A stretch of DNA of 64,000 nucleotides from an uncultured Chloroflexia bacterium (GTDB lineage Bacteria; Chloroflexota; UBA6077; JACCZL01): positions 96,001-160,000 of the forward strand of contig CAVXYC010000018.1 in assembly GCA_963765765.1 (NCBI GenBank), read 5' to 3'. The position numbers were made by a program, and so were the translations under genes. Positions 30,498 through 39,924 of the stretch are shown piece by piece. Below the pieces are notes generated by a model, which was not told the DNA's origin, searched no databases, and saw only the letters and a list, made by a program, of their open reading frames with translations. Positions within the stretch are counted from its first letter, which is position 1, and each line of letters opens with the position of its first letter.

Positions 30498-31244
30498 ATG
30501 GCACGATTAACTGACCGCGTAGCAGTCGTCTCCGGCGCGGCGATGGGCATGGGTCAAGCCGCGGCGATTCGACTGGCCACCGAGGGCGCCACAATCGCGA
30601 TCATCGACCGCGCTGATGCCAGCGAGACGATCGAACAGGTGAAGGAAGCGGGCTCCACTTCCGAAGGCTTCGTCTGCGATGTCACCGATGAGAATCAGGT
30701 CAACGACACCGCAAAGAAAATCAACGACCGGTTCGGTAGGATCGACATCCTGGTGAACAACGCGGGCAAGATCTCACCGCGGATTCCCTGGAACGAGCAC
30801 ACCAAGGCCCAGGTAGAAGAGTTCATCAACATCAACTACGTCGGCTATTTTCTGGTGACCAAAGCCGTCTATCCGTTCCTCAAGCAGAGCGCAACACCGC
30901 GCGTCATCAACGTGGCGTCGCGAACCTTCTTCCTGGCCGGTCCGGGGCAGATGGGGTACGTAGCCAGTAAAGGCGCCGTGGTCGGCATGACTCGCGTGCT
31001 GGCGCGAGAGATGGGCGAAGATGGGATCACGGTAAACGCCGTCATGCCGGGTCAGATCGCCACACCGGGCACGCGCCAGTACAACGAAGAAGAAGTCTTC
31101 AATCGCACCATGGCGAATCAGGCGATCAAGAAGCGCGGCATGCCGGAGCATCTGGCGGCGCTGATCGCGTTCCTCGCCTCCGATGACGCTGAGATCATTA
31201 CCGGCCAGACGATCATCTGCGACGGTGGCGGGTTCATGCACTAA
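30498..31244 (+). CDS. short-chain dehydrogenase/reductase
   Basis: SGAAMGMG, NNAG, YVASK, ITGQTIICDGG. Confidence 0.9.
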   Translation: MARLTDRVAVVSGAAMGMGQAAAIRLATEGATIAIIDRADASETIEQVKEAGSTSEGFVCDVTDENQVNDTAKKINDRFGRIDILVNNAGKISPRIPWNEHTKAQVEEFININYVGYFLVTKAVYPFLKQSATPRVINVASRTFFLAGPGQMGYVASKGAVVGMTRVLAREMGEDGITVNAVMPGQIATPGTRQYNEEEVFNRTMANQAIKKRGMPEHLAALIAFLASDDAEIITGQTIICDGGGFMH

Positions 31245-31262
31245 CCTCGAATGGACGACTAT

Positions 31263-31385
31263 GCCGACTCCGTAGCGCGGTGGTCTTGTGCCTCGCGCCT
31301 CGAGGAACCTCAGGCCGTGAAACGTGCATGGACGAGGTGATTTCTCGAGGCGCGGGGCACAAGACCACCGCGCTACGGAGTCGGC
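31263..31385. repeat. GTAG-type REP doublet (42-bp arms, 1 mismatch)
   Basis: GCCGACTCCGTAGCGCGGTGGTCTTGTGCC(T/C)CGCGCCTCGAG inverted. Confidence 0.8.
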
Positions 31386-31450
31386 TCGCATTCGACTGGC
31401 GGCCGGTGTTTAATGCGCCCGACTCAGTAGGCTTCCTTAGAGCCCTCATC

Positions 31451-33058
31451 ATGTGCAGCGCGGCAATCATCTTGCGCGGTTTTCTGTTCTTCGCCGTGAG
31501 CTTAGTGCTCGTCTTCGGGCAAGCGGCGGTCGCGCGCGCCGTTGATGACAGCACACTCCAGGTGAAGATCCAGGCGATCAACGACCTTCATGGCGGGATC
31601 GACTCGAGCAGGCGCGTGGGAAATCGACCCACGGCTGGCGCCCAGTATCTGGCCGCGATCATGAATCAGAAAGCTGCCGGCCATCCTCACGTGCTGCGCG
31701 TGGGCGCCGGAGACATGGTGGGTGCGAGCCCGTCCGTCTCCGCCCTGCTCCAGGACGAGCCCACCATCCGCGTGCTCAATTCACTTGGGCTGATCGTCAA
31801 CACACCGGGCAATCACGAGTTCGATGAGGGCATTGGGGAGTTCTTCCGACTTTCGATCGGGGGCTGTCACCCGGCGACGGGTTGTTTCGAGGGCGCCAGT
31901 TTTCAGCAGATCTCAGCCAATATCGTCGTTGATGCCACCGGCGAGCCGCTTCTTGCGCCGTACCGCGTGGAAATCGTCGATGGCATACCGATCGGGTTCA
32001 TCGGCGCCACCCACACCGACGTGCCGCGCAGCGTCGTGGCCGGCGCGGTGGACGGGCTCAGTTTTACCGATCCCGCCACAGCGATTAATCGTTACGTCAA
32101 TGAGCTCCAGGGGCTTGGCGTGCGTGCGTACATCGTTCTGATACACAGTGGCGCTGAGCTCCGACTCAACGATGGGAGACCAGGCGGGCCTTTCCTTCAG
32201 ACTGTCGAGGCGCTGGACCCCGACATTGACGTTGTGATCAGTGCGCACACGCACCACGGCTACACCACACGAATCGCAGGCAAGCTGGTGACGCAGGCGC
32301 ACTCCTACGGTTCGGCCTTCGCTGATATCGATCTCACCATCGATAGGCAATCAGGAGATGTCGTTTCGTCCTGGGCTGAGATTGTCAGCGCCACCACATC
32401 CGGCGTGACCCCTGACGGGAACGTCGCGGCGATCGTAGCAGACGCCCAGGCACGCGTTGGCCCACTGGTGACACGCGAGGTGACCTCCTTTGCGCGCTCT
32501 CTTAGCGCCGATCAAGGCCGCACCGGCGAGTCTGGCCTGGGCAATTTGATCGCCGACGCGCAGCGCTGGAAGACCGGCTCACAGATCGCGATGGCGAATC
32601 CCGGCGGCATTCGCGCGGGAATCCCGACCGGCACCGTCACCTGGGGGCAACTCTTCGCCGTTCAGCCATTTGGCAATGAGCTGGTCACCATGGATCTGTC
32701 CGGATACCAACTTCATTCGTTGTTCGAGCTGCAATGGTCAACGCAATCGGATGGGAGCATTCGGTACCGACCTCTCCAAGTTTCGGGAATACGGGTAGTG
32801 TGGGACGGATCACTGCCGCTGCGTGAGCGTATCGTGGAGCTGACCTTGGATGATGGCGCGCGAATCCAGCCGGATACGATTTACCGAGTTACGGTGAACA
32901 GCTTTATGGCCAGCGGCGGTGATGGGTTCTGGATCTTCAATGACGGCCTCCGTCGCGAGTTTGGTGCGGCGGATATCGACGCTCTCGTGGAGTACGTCGA
33001 GCAGCTTCCGCAGCCTGTCGATGTACGTGTCGAAGACAGGATCTCGAGGCGTGACTGA
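31451..33058 (+). CDS. secreted bifunctional metallophosphatase/5'-nucleotidase
   Basis: NDLHG, AGD, GNHEFD, AHTH, NPGGIR, QPFGN. Confidence 0.9.
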   Translation: MCSAAIILRGFLFFAVSLVLVFGQAAVARAVDDSTLQVKIQAINDLHGGIDSSRRVGNRPTAGAQYLAAIMNQKAAGHPHVLRVGAGDMVGASPSVSALLQDEPTIRVLNSLGLIVNTPGNHEFDEGIGEFFRLSIGGCHPATGCFEGASFQQISANIVVDATGEPLLAPYRVEIVDGIPIGFIGATHTDVPRSVVAGAVDGLSFTDPATAINRYVNELQGLGVRAYIVLIHSGAELRLNDGRPGGPFLQTVEALDPDIDVVISAHTHHGYTTRIAGKLVTQAHSYGSAFADIDLTIDRQSGDVVSSWAEIVSATTSGVTPDGNVAAIVADAQARVGPLVTREVTSFARSLSADQGRTGESGLGNLIADAQRWKTGSQIAMANPGGIRAGIPTGTVTWGQLFAVQPFGNELVTMDLSGYQLHSLFELQWSTQSDGSIRYRPLQVSGIRVVWDGSLPLRERIVELTLDDGARIQPDTIYRVTVNSFMASGGDGFWIFNDGLRREFGAADIDALVEYVEQLPQPVDVRVEDRISRRD

Positions 33059-33328
33059 GCGTTCGGCCAGCGGTGACAAAAGTTGAGCTCAAGATGCACG
33101 AGTCGAGCACGCTTCCACTCGGCAACGCCGTACTGAGCAGACCCCGACCATTGTCAGTTCCGCCGGACATCACGATCCCGAATTGCTTTCCTGTTCGTGG
33201 CGGCCCCCGCGGCAAACGACTATCCTAGGCACCGGGTTTCGGTGTAGCGGGCGATCACCAACTCGGCCAGTGACGGTGGATGCCCCACCCGGAAACCCGT
33301 CCCCCTGTTTAATCCGAGGAGAGACTCC

Positions 33329-34504
33329 ATGGCGAGTTCCACGGCGGCGACGACGCTTCTAGAATCGGCTCGCCAGCTTCGACCGCTCATCCTGGCGCAG
33401 CGCGATCAGATTGAGGCCGGGCGCCGGCTGCCCGAGGAGCTAGCGCGCGAGCTCACCGGCATCGGGTTATTCCGAGCCTCCCTGCCTGAAGCGTACGGCG
33501 GCTACGACCTCGGACCGCTCGAGACGATGGAGATCTACGAGGAGCTGGCGCGAGCGGACGCATCGGTAGCGTGGTGCGTGTGGAATGCCAACACCAACTG
33601 GACCACGGCCCGCATCCCGACCGAGGCGGCACACGCGGTCTTCGACGATCCGAATCACATGCTCGCCAACAGCACCCAACCGTCGGGGCAGGCCGTCATC
33701 GTCGAGGGCGGCTATCGCGTCAACGGGCGATGGGCTCTGGTAAGCGGCTGCCAGGTCAGCACGTGGCTGATCCTGCTGTGCGTAGTGCACGCGGATGGGG
33801 CGCCGCGCCACACGTCGGACGGCGCACCAGAGGTCCGTTTCATGCTGCTCCCAACGGCCAACAGCGAGATCGTCGATACGTGGACCGCGGGCGGCTTACG
33901 GGGCACGGGCAGCCACGACGTGATCGTGCGGGACCAATTGGTGCCGGCCACGTTCGCGTCCTACCATACCGATCAGTTGGTGCTGCCCGAGCCGCGCTAC
34001 CGCTGCCCGCTGGTCGCGCGCATCACCTCCGGCCTGGCCGTGATGGCTCTTGGCGTCGCCCGAGGCGCGATCGAGGCGCTGATCGACCTGGCGGCCCAGA
34101 AGCGGAGCCCGGGAGCGAGGTCCACGTTGCAGCAGGACCGGGGCGCGCAAACACAACTTGCGCAGGCGGAGGCCCAGGTCCGCTCCGCCCGGCTGTACCT
34201 TTTTGACGCCGTCAGCCGCGTATGGGACGATGTCTTGCTGAGCCGCGAGCCTTCGCTCGAGGCGCGAGCCCAGGTGCGCCTCGCGGCCTGGCATGCCGTG
34301 ACCAGCGCCGCGCGTGCAGTGGACCTGGTTTACCTGACGGGCGGCGCGACTTCCCTGTATGCGACCTGTCCGATCGAGCGCGCCTTCCGGGATGTGCACG
34401 CCTTTACACAACACTACGCCGTTCATCCAAGCGGCCTGGAGCCGATCGGCCAGGTACTCTACGGCCTGGAGCCGGAGTTCGCACCAGGCAGGACGCGATT
34501 CTAG
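33329..34504 (+). CDS. acyl-CoA-dehydrogenase-fold flavin-dependent monooxygenase (HsaA/IacA-like)
   Basis: DASVAW, GRWALVSG, DTWTAGGLRGTGSHD, IERAFRDVH. Confidence 0.85.
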   Translation: MASSTAATTLLESARQLRPLILAQRDQIEAGRRLPEELARELTGIGLFRASLPEAYGGYDLGPLETMEIYEELARADASVAWCVWNANTNWTTARIPTEAAHAVFDDPNHMLANSTQPSGQAVIVEGGYRVNGRWALVSGCQVSTWLILLCVVHADGAPRHTSDGAPEVRFMLLPTANSEIVDTWTAGGLRGTGSHDVIVRDQLVPATFASYHTDQLVLPEPRYRCPLVARITSGLAVMALGVARGAIEALIDLAAQKRSPGARSTLQQDRGAQTQLAQAEAQVRSARLYLFDAVSRVWDDVLLSREPSLEARAQVRLAAWHAVTSAARAVDLVYLTGGATSLYATCPIERAFRDVHAFTQHYAVHPSGLEPIGQVLYGLEPEFAPGRTRF

Positions 34505-34652
34505 TGCGGCCGCCTGGGGGAGCAGGCCTCTCCAGATTGAGAGATCTCCAGTCGCGCGGCGCACACGATCGGCTCGTTTCGAGCTGTCGCCCCCGTTGAC
34601 AGTATGTATCGTCGGGTCTAGGATCCCCACGAAGCAGCAATGGAGGACCCTC

Positions 34653-35681
34653 ATGGCGATCATCGATGCAGATGCGCATGTGGTCGAAAGCGAGAAAACC
34701 TGGACGTACATGGCCGGCGCCGATGCCAAATTTCGGCCGCAAACGGTCATGATTACCGGCCCGGACGGTGGCGTGCGCGAGCATTGGGCCATTGACGGCC
34801 GGCTCATTAGCAAGGGACCGATCTCCGTCGACGAGATGACCCGGGCCGAGCGCGAGATGGACGACTTACCCGGTCGCCTGCGACACATGGACGAGCTCGG
34901 CACCGATATCCAGGTGCTCTATCCAACGATTTTCCTGGGGCCGGTGACGCAGAAGCCTGAAGTCGAAGCAGCCCTCTATCGCGGCTACAACCGCTGGCTG
35001 GCCGATATCTGGCAACAGACTAACAACCGTATGCGCTGGGCGGTGATGCTACCCTTCATGTCGCTGGACGTCGCGATGGACGAGCTGCGATTCGGGCTCG
35101 ACAATGGTGCGTGCGGTGTGTTCATCCGCGGAATCGATGCCGAGAGACAACCATCCGATCCGTACTTTTTCCCGATCTACTCAGCCGCACAGGAAGCCAA
35201 TATTCCGGTCTGCGTGCATGCCGCTACCGGTAGCTTCGCGGTACATGACTTCTTTGGCGAAGACCCTGGCATCTGGCGTTTCAAGGTGCCCGGCATCAAC
35301 GCGTTCCATTCGCTGCTCATGCAGGAAGTGCCGAGTAAGTTCCCGACGCTTCGCTGGTGTTTCGTGGAGCTGGCCGCACAATGGGTACCCTACGCGGTAC
35401 ATGACATGGTGCGTCGCAAGGAGAAGCGCGGCAAGCCGCTGGACAAGCACACCGTCGTGGCCGACAACCGCTTCTACGTCGCCTGTCAGACCGATGACGA
35501 TATTCCTTACGTCTGCTCCTACACCGGGTCAAACAACATCATCATGGGCACAGACTACGGCCACTCCGATACATCGAGCGAGCTGGAAGCGCTCATTCGT
35601 CTTAAGGAGATGCCCGAAGTCGGCCCGGATCTGGCGGCCAAGATTCTGGACGCCAATGCGAAGGCGGCGTACGGGTTCTAG
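34653..35681 (+). CDS. amidohydrolase family protein (Amidohydro_2)
   Basis: IIDADAHVVE, PVCVH, GTDYGHSD; GGAGG RBS. Confidence 0.85.
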   Translation: MAIIDADAHVVESEKTWTYMAGADAKFRPQTVMITGPDGGVREHWAIDGRLISKGPISVDEMTRAEREMDDLPGRLRHMDELGTDIQVLYPTIFLGPVTQKPEVEAALYRGYNRWLADIWQQTNNRMRWAVMLPFMSLDVAMDELRFGLDNGACGVFIRGIDAERQPSDPYFFPIYSAAQEANIPVCVHAATGSFAVHDFFGEDPGIWRFKVPGINAFHSLLMQEVPSKFPTLRWCFVELAAQWVPYAVHDMVRRKEKRGKPLDKHTVVADNRFYVACQTDDDIPYVCSYTGSNNIIMGTDYGHSDTSSELEALIRLKEMPEVGPDLAAKILDANAKAAYGF

Positions 35682-35774
35682 CGGGTCTAGGGACGAGCGC
35701 TCTTGGGGAGCGTGCACGGAACACCGCTTTCTCGAGTGGGACAATCTCCGGTCGTACTCATAACCACCGAAGCC

Positions 35775-35862
35775 TTGTCATCCTGAGCTACAGCGAAGGA
35801 TCTTCCCCACCGGAATCCGTCACACCCGCGGGGAAGATCTTCCCTGTGGCTCAGGATGACAA
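35775..35862. repeat. GTCATCCTGAGC palindromic repeat (family E)
   Basis: TTGTCATCCTGAGC..AGCGAAGGATCT...AGATCTTC..GCTCAGGATGACAA; second copy at 48879-48977. Confidence 0.8.
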
Positions 35863-35958
35863 TGAGCTCGGGTGTTGGCATCGTCAAACTGTTGTGCGGA
35901 GGTCAATAAAGCGGCTCTTGCGCACTCACTCCAAAGCGCTTCGCGCAAGTTGCTCCCG

Positions 35959-36789
35959 TTACGCCGAACCTGGCGTATCCTCCACACCTAAATCCACGAT
36001 CTGCCGCCAGATTCGGTCACGCAAGCGGCCGAACGTCTCAGTGGCCATGGCGTCGTAGGTGCGTGGACGCGGCAGATCAACCGCGACGCGGTCGAGCACG
36101 GTGGCCGGGCGCGTTCCGAGTACCACGACCTGGTCTGAGAGAAATACGGCCTCGGTGAGGTTGTGAGTCACGAAGATAATCGTCTTGTGGGTCGCTTCCC
36201 AGATGCGCAGCACCTCGGCGCCCATGCGCATGCGCGTCTGTTCATCCAACGCGGCAAACGGCTCATCCATGAGAAGCACACGCGGATCCTGAATGAGCCC
36301 GCGGGCGATGGCCACGCGCTGCTTCATTCCACCGGACAGCTCGCTGGGATAGGCCTGCCTAAAGTCGGACAAGCGCACGAGGTCCAAGAACGCCGCGGCT
36401 CGATCGTAGCGCTCCTTTTTGGAAACCCCGCGCAGCTCCAATGGAAATGCCACGTTGTCCATCACCGAGCGCCAGGGCAGCAGGTTTGCTTCTTGAAAGA
36501 TGACGCCTAACTGCTCCGGAGCGGGACCCGTGATGGGCTGACCATCCACGCGCACCTCGCCAGCGGTTGGCTCGAGAAGCCCGGCAAGACACAGCAGCAA
36601 CGTTGTCTTACCGCAGCCGCTGGGCCCGACGACCGCGACGAACGATCCCGGCGCTACGTCCAGTGATAGTCGATCAAAGACCGACAAAGGTCCATTGCGC
36701 GTCTGGTAAATCTTGCTGAGGTCGACAATCTGAACGCCAGCAGCGCCTGAACGGCCAGCATGCACAGGCGCTGACACCTCAGCCGTCAC
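35959..36789 (-). CDS. NitT/TauT ABC ATPase
   Basis: GPSGCGKT, LLPWR, LSGGMKQR, MDEPFAALD. Confidence 0.92.
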   Translation of the reverse strand: MTAEVSAPVHAGRSGAAGVQIVDLSKIYQTRNGPLSVFDRLSLDVAPGSFVAVVGPSGCGKTTLLLCLAGLLEPTAGEVRVDGQPITGPAPEQLGVIFQEANLLPWRSVMDNVAFPLELRGVSKKERYDRAAAFLDLVRLSDFRQAYPSELSGGMKQRVAIARGLIQDPRVLLMDEPFAALDEQTRMRMGAEVLRIWEATHKTIIFVTHNLTEAVFLSDQVVVLGTRPATVLDRVAVDLPRPRTYDAMATETFGRLRDRIWRQIVDLGVEDTPGSA

Positions 36790-37538
36790 GTCGCCCCCGC
36801 TCCACGCCAGCGCCCCACCCGGCCTTCGCAGAAGCGCAGTGCGCTATTCACCGCGATAGCACCCACGGCGGCCAGCATCGCTCCGGCCAGCATCTTGGGC
36901 AGATCGTAGCTGGCTCCCCAGATGTTGATCATGCGCCCGAGGCCTCCGCGCGCCGCGTACATCTCGGCGAACAGAATGCCCCCGGCAGCGTAGATCACGC
37001 CGACGCGGACGCCCTGCAGAATCACGGGCAGCATGTATGGCAGATAGATCTTGAGGTACATCTGACCGCGGCTGGCGCGTAGCGCTTTGCCTACCAGGGT
37101 AAGCCCCGAAGGAACGCCCTGCACCGCGACCAGCGTGGACACCGCCACGACGAAGAACGCCTGGACCACGCCAAACACCACCTTTTGATTCATCCCAATG
37201 CCCAGTACGAGGATGAATAGCGGCAGGAACAGCGATTTCGGAACGGCCGTCCCCACGTACAACAGAGGCGCAAGCACTCGCCGCGCGGCGGGACTCTCGC
37301 CCACCAGAAATCCCAGGAGCACGCCAGTGGGCACGGCAAACAGCGTGGCCAGTACCAGCTCCTGCGTAGTGATCCAGATGCCATCCTGGACCCGCGGATC
37401 AGCCAGCACCACGGCCATCGCGGCAAACGCCTCGCTTGGCGCCGCCAGGACCCGATTAGAGACGAGACCTGTGCGTACGACAAGCTCCCACAGACCGATG
37501 GCGAGCAGGATCGAGCCGAGCTGGGCGAGGCGAATCAT
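36786..37538 (-). CDS. NitT/TauT ABC permease
   Basis: APS, AVPKSLFLP, AEMY..GGLG. Confidence 0.88.
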   Translation of the reverse strand: MIRLAQLGSILLAIGLWELVVRTGLVSNRVLAAPSEAFAAMAVVLADPRVQDGIWITTQELVLATLFAVPTGVLLGFLVGESPAARRVLAPLLYVGTAVPKSLFLPLFILVLGIGMNQKVVFGVVQAFFVVAVSTLVAVQGVPSGLTLVGKALRASRGQMYLKIYLPYMLPVILQGVRVGVIYAAGGILFAEMYAARGGLGRMINIWGASYDLPKMLAGAMLAAVGAIAVNSALRFCEGRVGRWRGAGAT

Positions 37539-37549
37539 CGGGCTTCGCC

Positions 37550-37624
37550 GATGACGGACGACAGACGAGGGACGATCCCAACCACCAGGGGACCCAGTCC
37601 TCCGTCGTCCGTAATCCGTCGTTC
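37550..37624. repeat. hairpin of degenerate GACGACG-like heptamers
   Basis: GATGACG GACGACA GACGAGG ... TCCTCCG TCGTCCG TAATCCG TCG. Confidence 0.6.
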
Positions 37625-37632
37625 AAACGGCA

Positions 37633-38719
37633 TCAGTCCAGCTTCACAGGCGTGAACTTGTCGGTAAAGAACTCAGCGGTTGGAGGTATATCGGAAAGCC
37701 CGCCCAGCTTTGCCAGGCTCAGCGAGTTCTCCAGCCACTCAGGCTGAATCTTGCCGTCGTCCGTGAACCCGGGGAAGCACAGAAGTGCAGACCTTCGTCG
37801 CGATTCCGGCGTCCTGATTCGTGTGCTTGGCCACGAATGAGGTGCAATAGTCGGCGTTCTGCTTCATGTAGCGCAGTGACTCGAACACCGATTTCAGATA
37901 CCGATTCACTGCCTCGGGGTTGTCATTGATGATCTTGTCCGAGGCAGCAATGATGCTGGGCAGGTTCGGCGGCATGTCAGCCCCAAAGTGGAACACGGAG
38001 CGCACCTCGCCCTTTTCCAGGCCAGTAAATACCAGCGGAGGAGTCACGACCCCGGAGTCGATCTGTCCGGCGATCACCGAGGGGTACAGAGCCGCGCTCC
38101 CGATGGGCACGATCTCCAGTTTGATGTCCTTGGTCTGTGCCAGCCACAACGCGAAGAAGTCGGTGGTGCTGCCTTTGGCGGTCACGCCGACCTTCTTGCC
38201 GTTCAAGTCCTCGACCTTCTGAACGGGCGAGTTGGCCGCAACACCGATATGCCATTCACTGGGACGGAATTGGTCAGTAGCGATGATCTTCTGCTTCACT
38301 CCCTTGCTCACGGCCGTGGCAATGCCGGGCGGGAAGTAATGAATGATGTCCGCCTCGCCAGCAGCCAGCGCCTCCTGGGCTGCTGAACCGCTGTTGTGGT
38401 CCGTGATGTCAGGCTTCAGACCGTTCTTGGCAAAGAAGCCGCGGTCCACGGCGCCGTACACGTACGAGTAGTTCGCGCTACCGACGCCGATGAGTCCGAC
38501 CTTGATCGGAATCTCAGTGGCCGGCTTGATCTCGGTCTTGGCCGCCTCCACGGGCTTGGCCGCTTCCGCTGGCTTCGCCACTTCGGCTGGTTTGGCTGGC
38601 TCGCTCGGCTTGGCAGTGCTCGCTGGTCCGCTGGACGGCGCGCACGCCGTAAGAAAGCTCAATCCCGCGGCCAGCACGACCGCTCCGACGGAGTTGCGTG
38701 AACGAGACTGACGCTGCAT
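37633..38719 (-). CDS. NitT/TauT substrate-binding lipoprotein (frameshift near 37775)
   Basis: Lipobox LTAC; AKPAE linker; GFFAKNGL; DLNGKKVGVT..GS. Confidence 0.85.
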
Positions 38720-38744
38720 GATCCCCCCTTTGTTCGACGACCGA

Positions 38745-39551
38745 TTACGCCTGCCAGCCGGAAACGCGCCGCTCGAGCCAGCTCATACCTGCGTTTGTAC
38801 CGATGGCGAGGCCGAGCCCCAAGAGGATGCCGAAGTACACCCGCGGGGCATCGAGCGTCTCACGTGCGTGGCTAATGAGATAGCCGATCCCGCCAAACGA
38901 GCTGAGCATCTCGCCGATGATGATGCCGATGACGACCAGACCGAGTCCCACACGCAATCCGGCGATGATCTGCGGCAACGCAAACGGGAAGAGCACCTTG
39001 AAATACATCTGTCGCCGCGATGCGCCCAAAGCGCGAGCCAGGAGGACGTAGCGTTGATCGACGATCGAGACGGCCGCCGCGGTGGCCAGCAGGATCGGAA
39101 AGATCGCGTGCACGCCGGCAAACAAGATCTTGGATGGCGACCCGATGCCGAACCACACCACGGAGAGTGGGTAGAAGACTACCCAGGGAAGCGCAAAGGT
39201 CGAGTCCAGCAGTGGCGTCAATACACGCATCGTCGTCTTCGAGCTGCCAACGAGCACGCCGAATCCAACCCCGAAGACAACGGCAATGGCAGATCCCGCC
39301 AGAATCTCAACTGCGGTAACCTGAAGCCCGTTGGCAAATGAGCCGAAGTCCGTGATACCAGCGACCAGGACCGCCGACGGCGCCGGCAGGATGATGCTGT
39401 GCACCAGGTCGAGCGCCGCGATCAGTTCCCAGATGCCGACAAATGCGACGATCGCCAAGACTCGGCCACTGAGTCCCAAACGCGTGAGACGCCCAAGGCC
39501 GGACGGTAAGCCAGCCTCAATCCAGGGTGTCGCCCGAGATGCCATGACCAC
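38745..39551 (-). CDS. NitT/TauT ABC permease
   Basis: LPAPSAV, WFGIG, ARALGASR, GEML..GGIG. Confidence 0.88.
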   Translation of the reverse strand: MVMASRATPWIEAGLPSGLGRLTRLGLSGRVLAIVAFVGIWELIAALDLVHSIILPAPSAVLVAGITDFGSFANGLQVTAVEILAGSAIAVVFGVGFGVLVGSSKTTMRVLTPLLDSTFALPWVVFYPLSVVWFGIGSPSKILFAGVHAIFPILLATAAAVSIVDQRYVLLARALGASRRQMYFKVLFPFALPQIIAGLRVGLGLVVIGIIIGEMLSSFGGIGYLISHARETLDAPRVYFGILLGLGLAIGTNAGMSWLERRVSGWQA

Positions 39552-39650
39552 GCTCCATTGCGCCTCTGCCCGTACTCGCCGGGCAACCGCGGCACAGTGA
39601 ATTAGCCTAGCACCTAGCAGTGCGAGTGTCTACGAATTCGCAATAGCGCC

Positions 39651-39849
39651 GGTGTGGGACCAAAGGGACGTCAGGGATACAAAGCACATTGAGCCGAACA
39701 GATCTTCAAGAATCCGGCTCGCTCCCTGCCGCAGCGAGAATGCCGGGTTACCCAATCAGGGATCGGTCTCCTTGCCGAATCGTTCCAGGAGAGGAGGGCC
39801 GTGACGCAACATGCTTCATTGACCTTTGTGTCCCTTTGGTCTCACACCA
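39651..39849. repeat. about 200-bp segment bounded by 19-bp inverted repeats
   Basis: GGTGTGGGACCAAAGGGAC ... GTCCCTTTGGTCTCACACC (1 mismatch). Confidence 0.55.
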
Positions 39850-39924
39850 CGTGACTTCGTTGACTTGGCCACCGCGTCAACCTATGATCCAGACACTTGA
39901 AGGCATGCGCCGGAGGTTTCTTGG

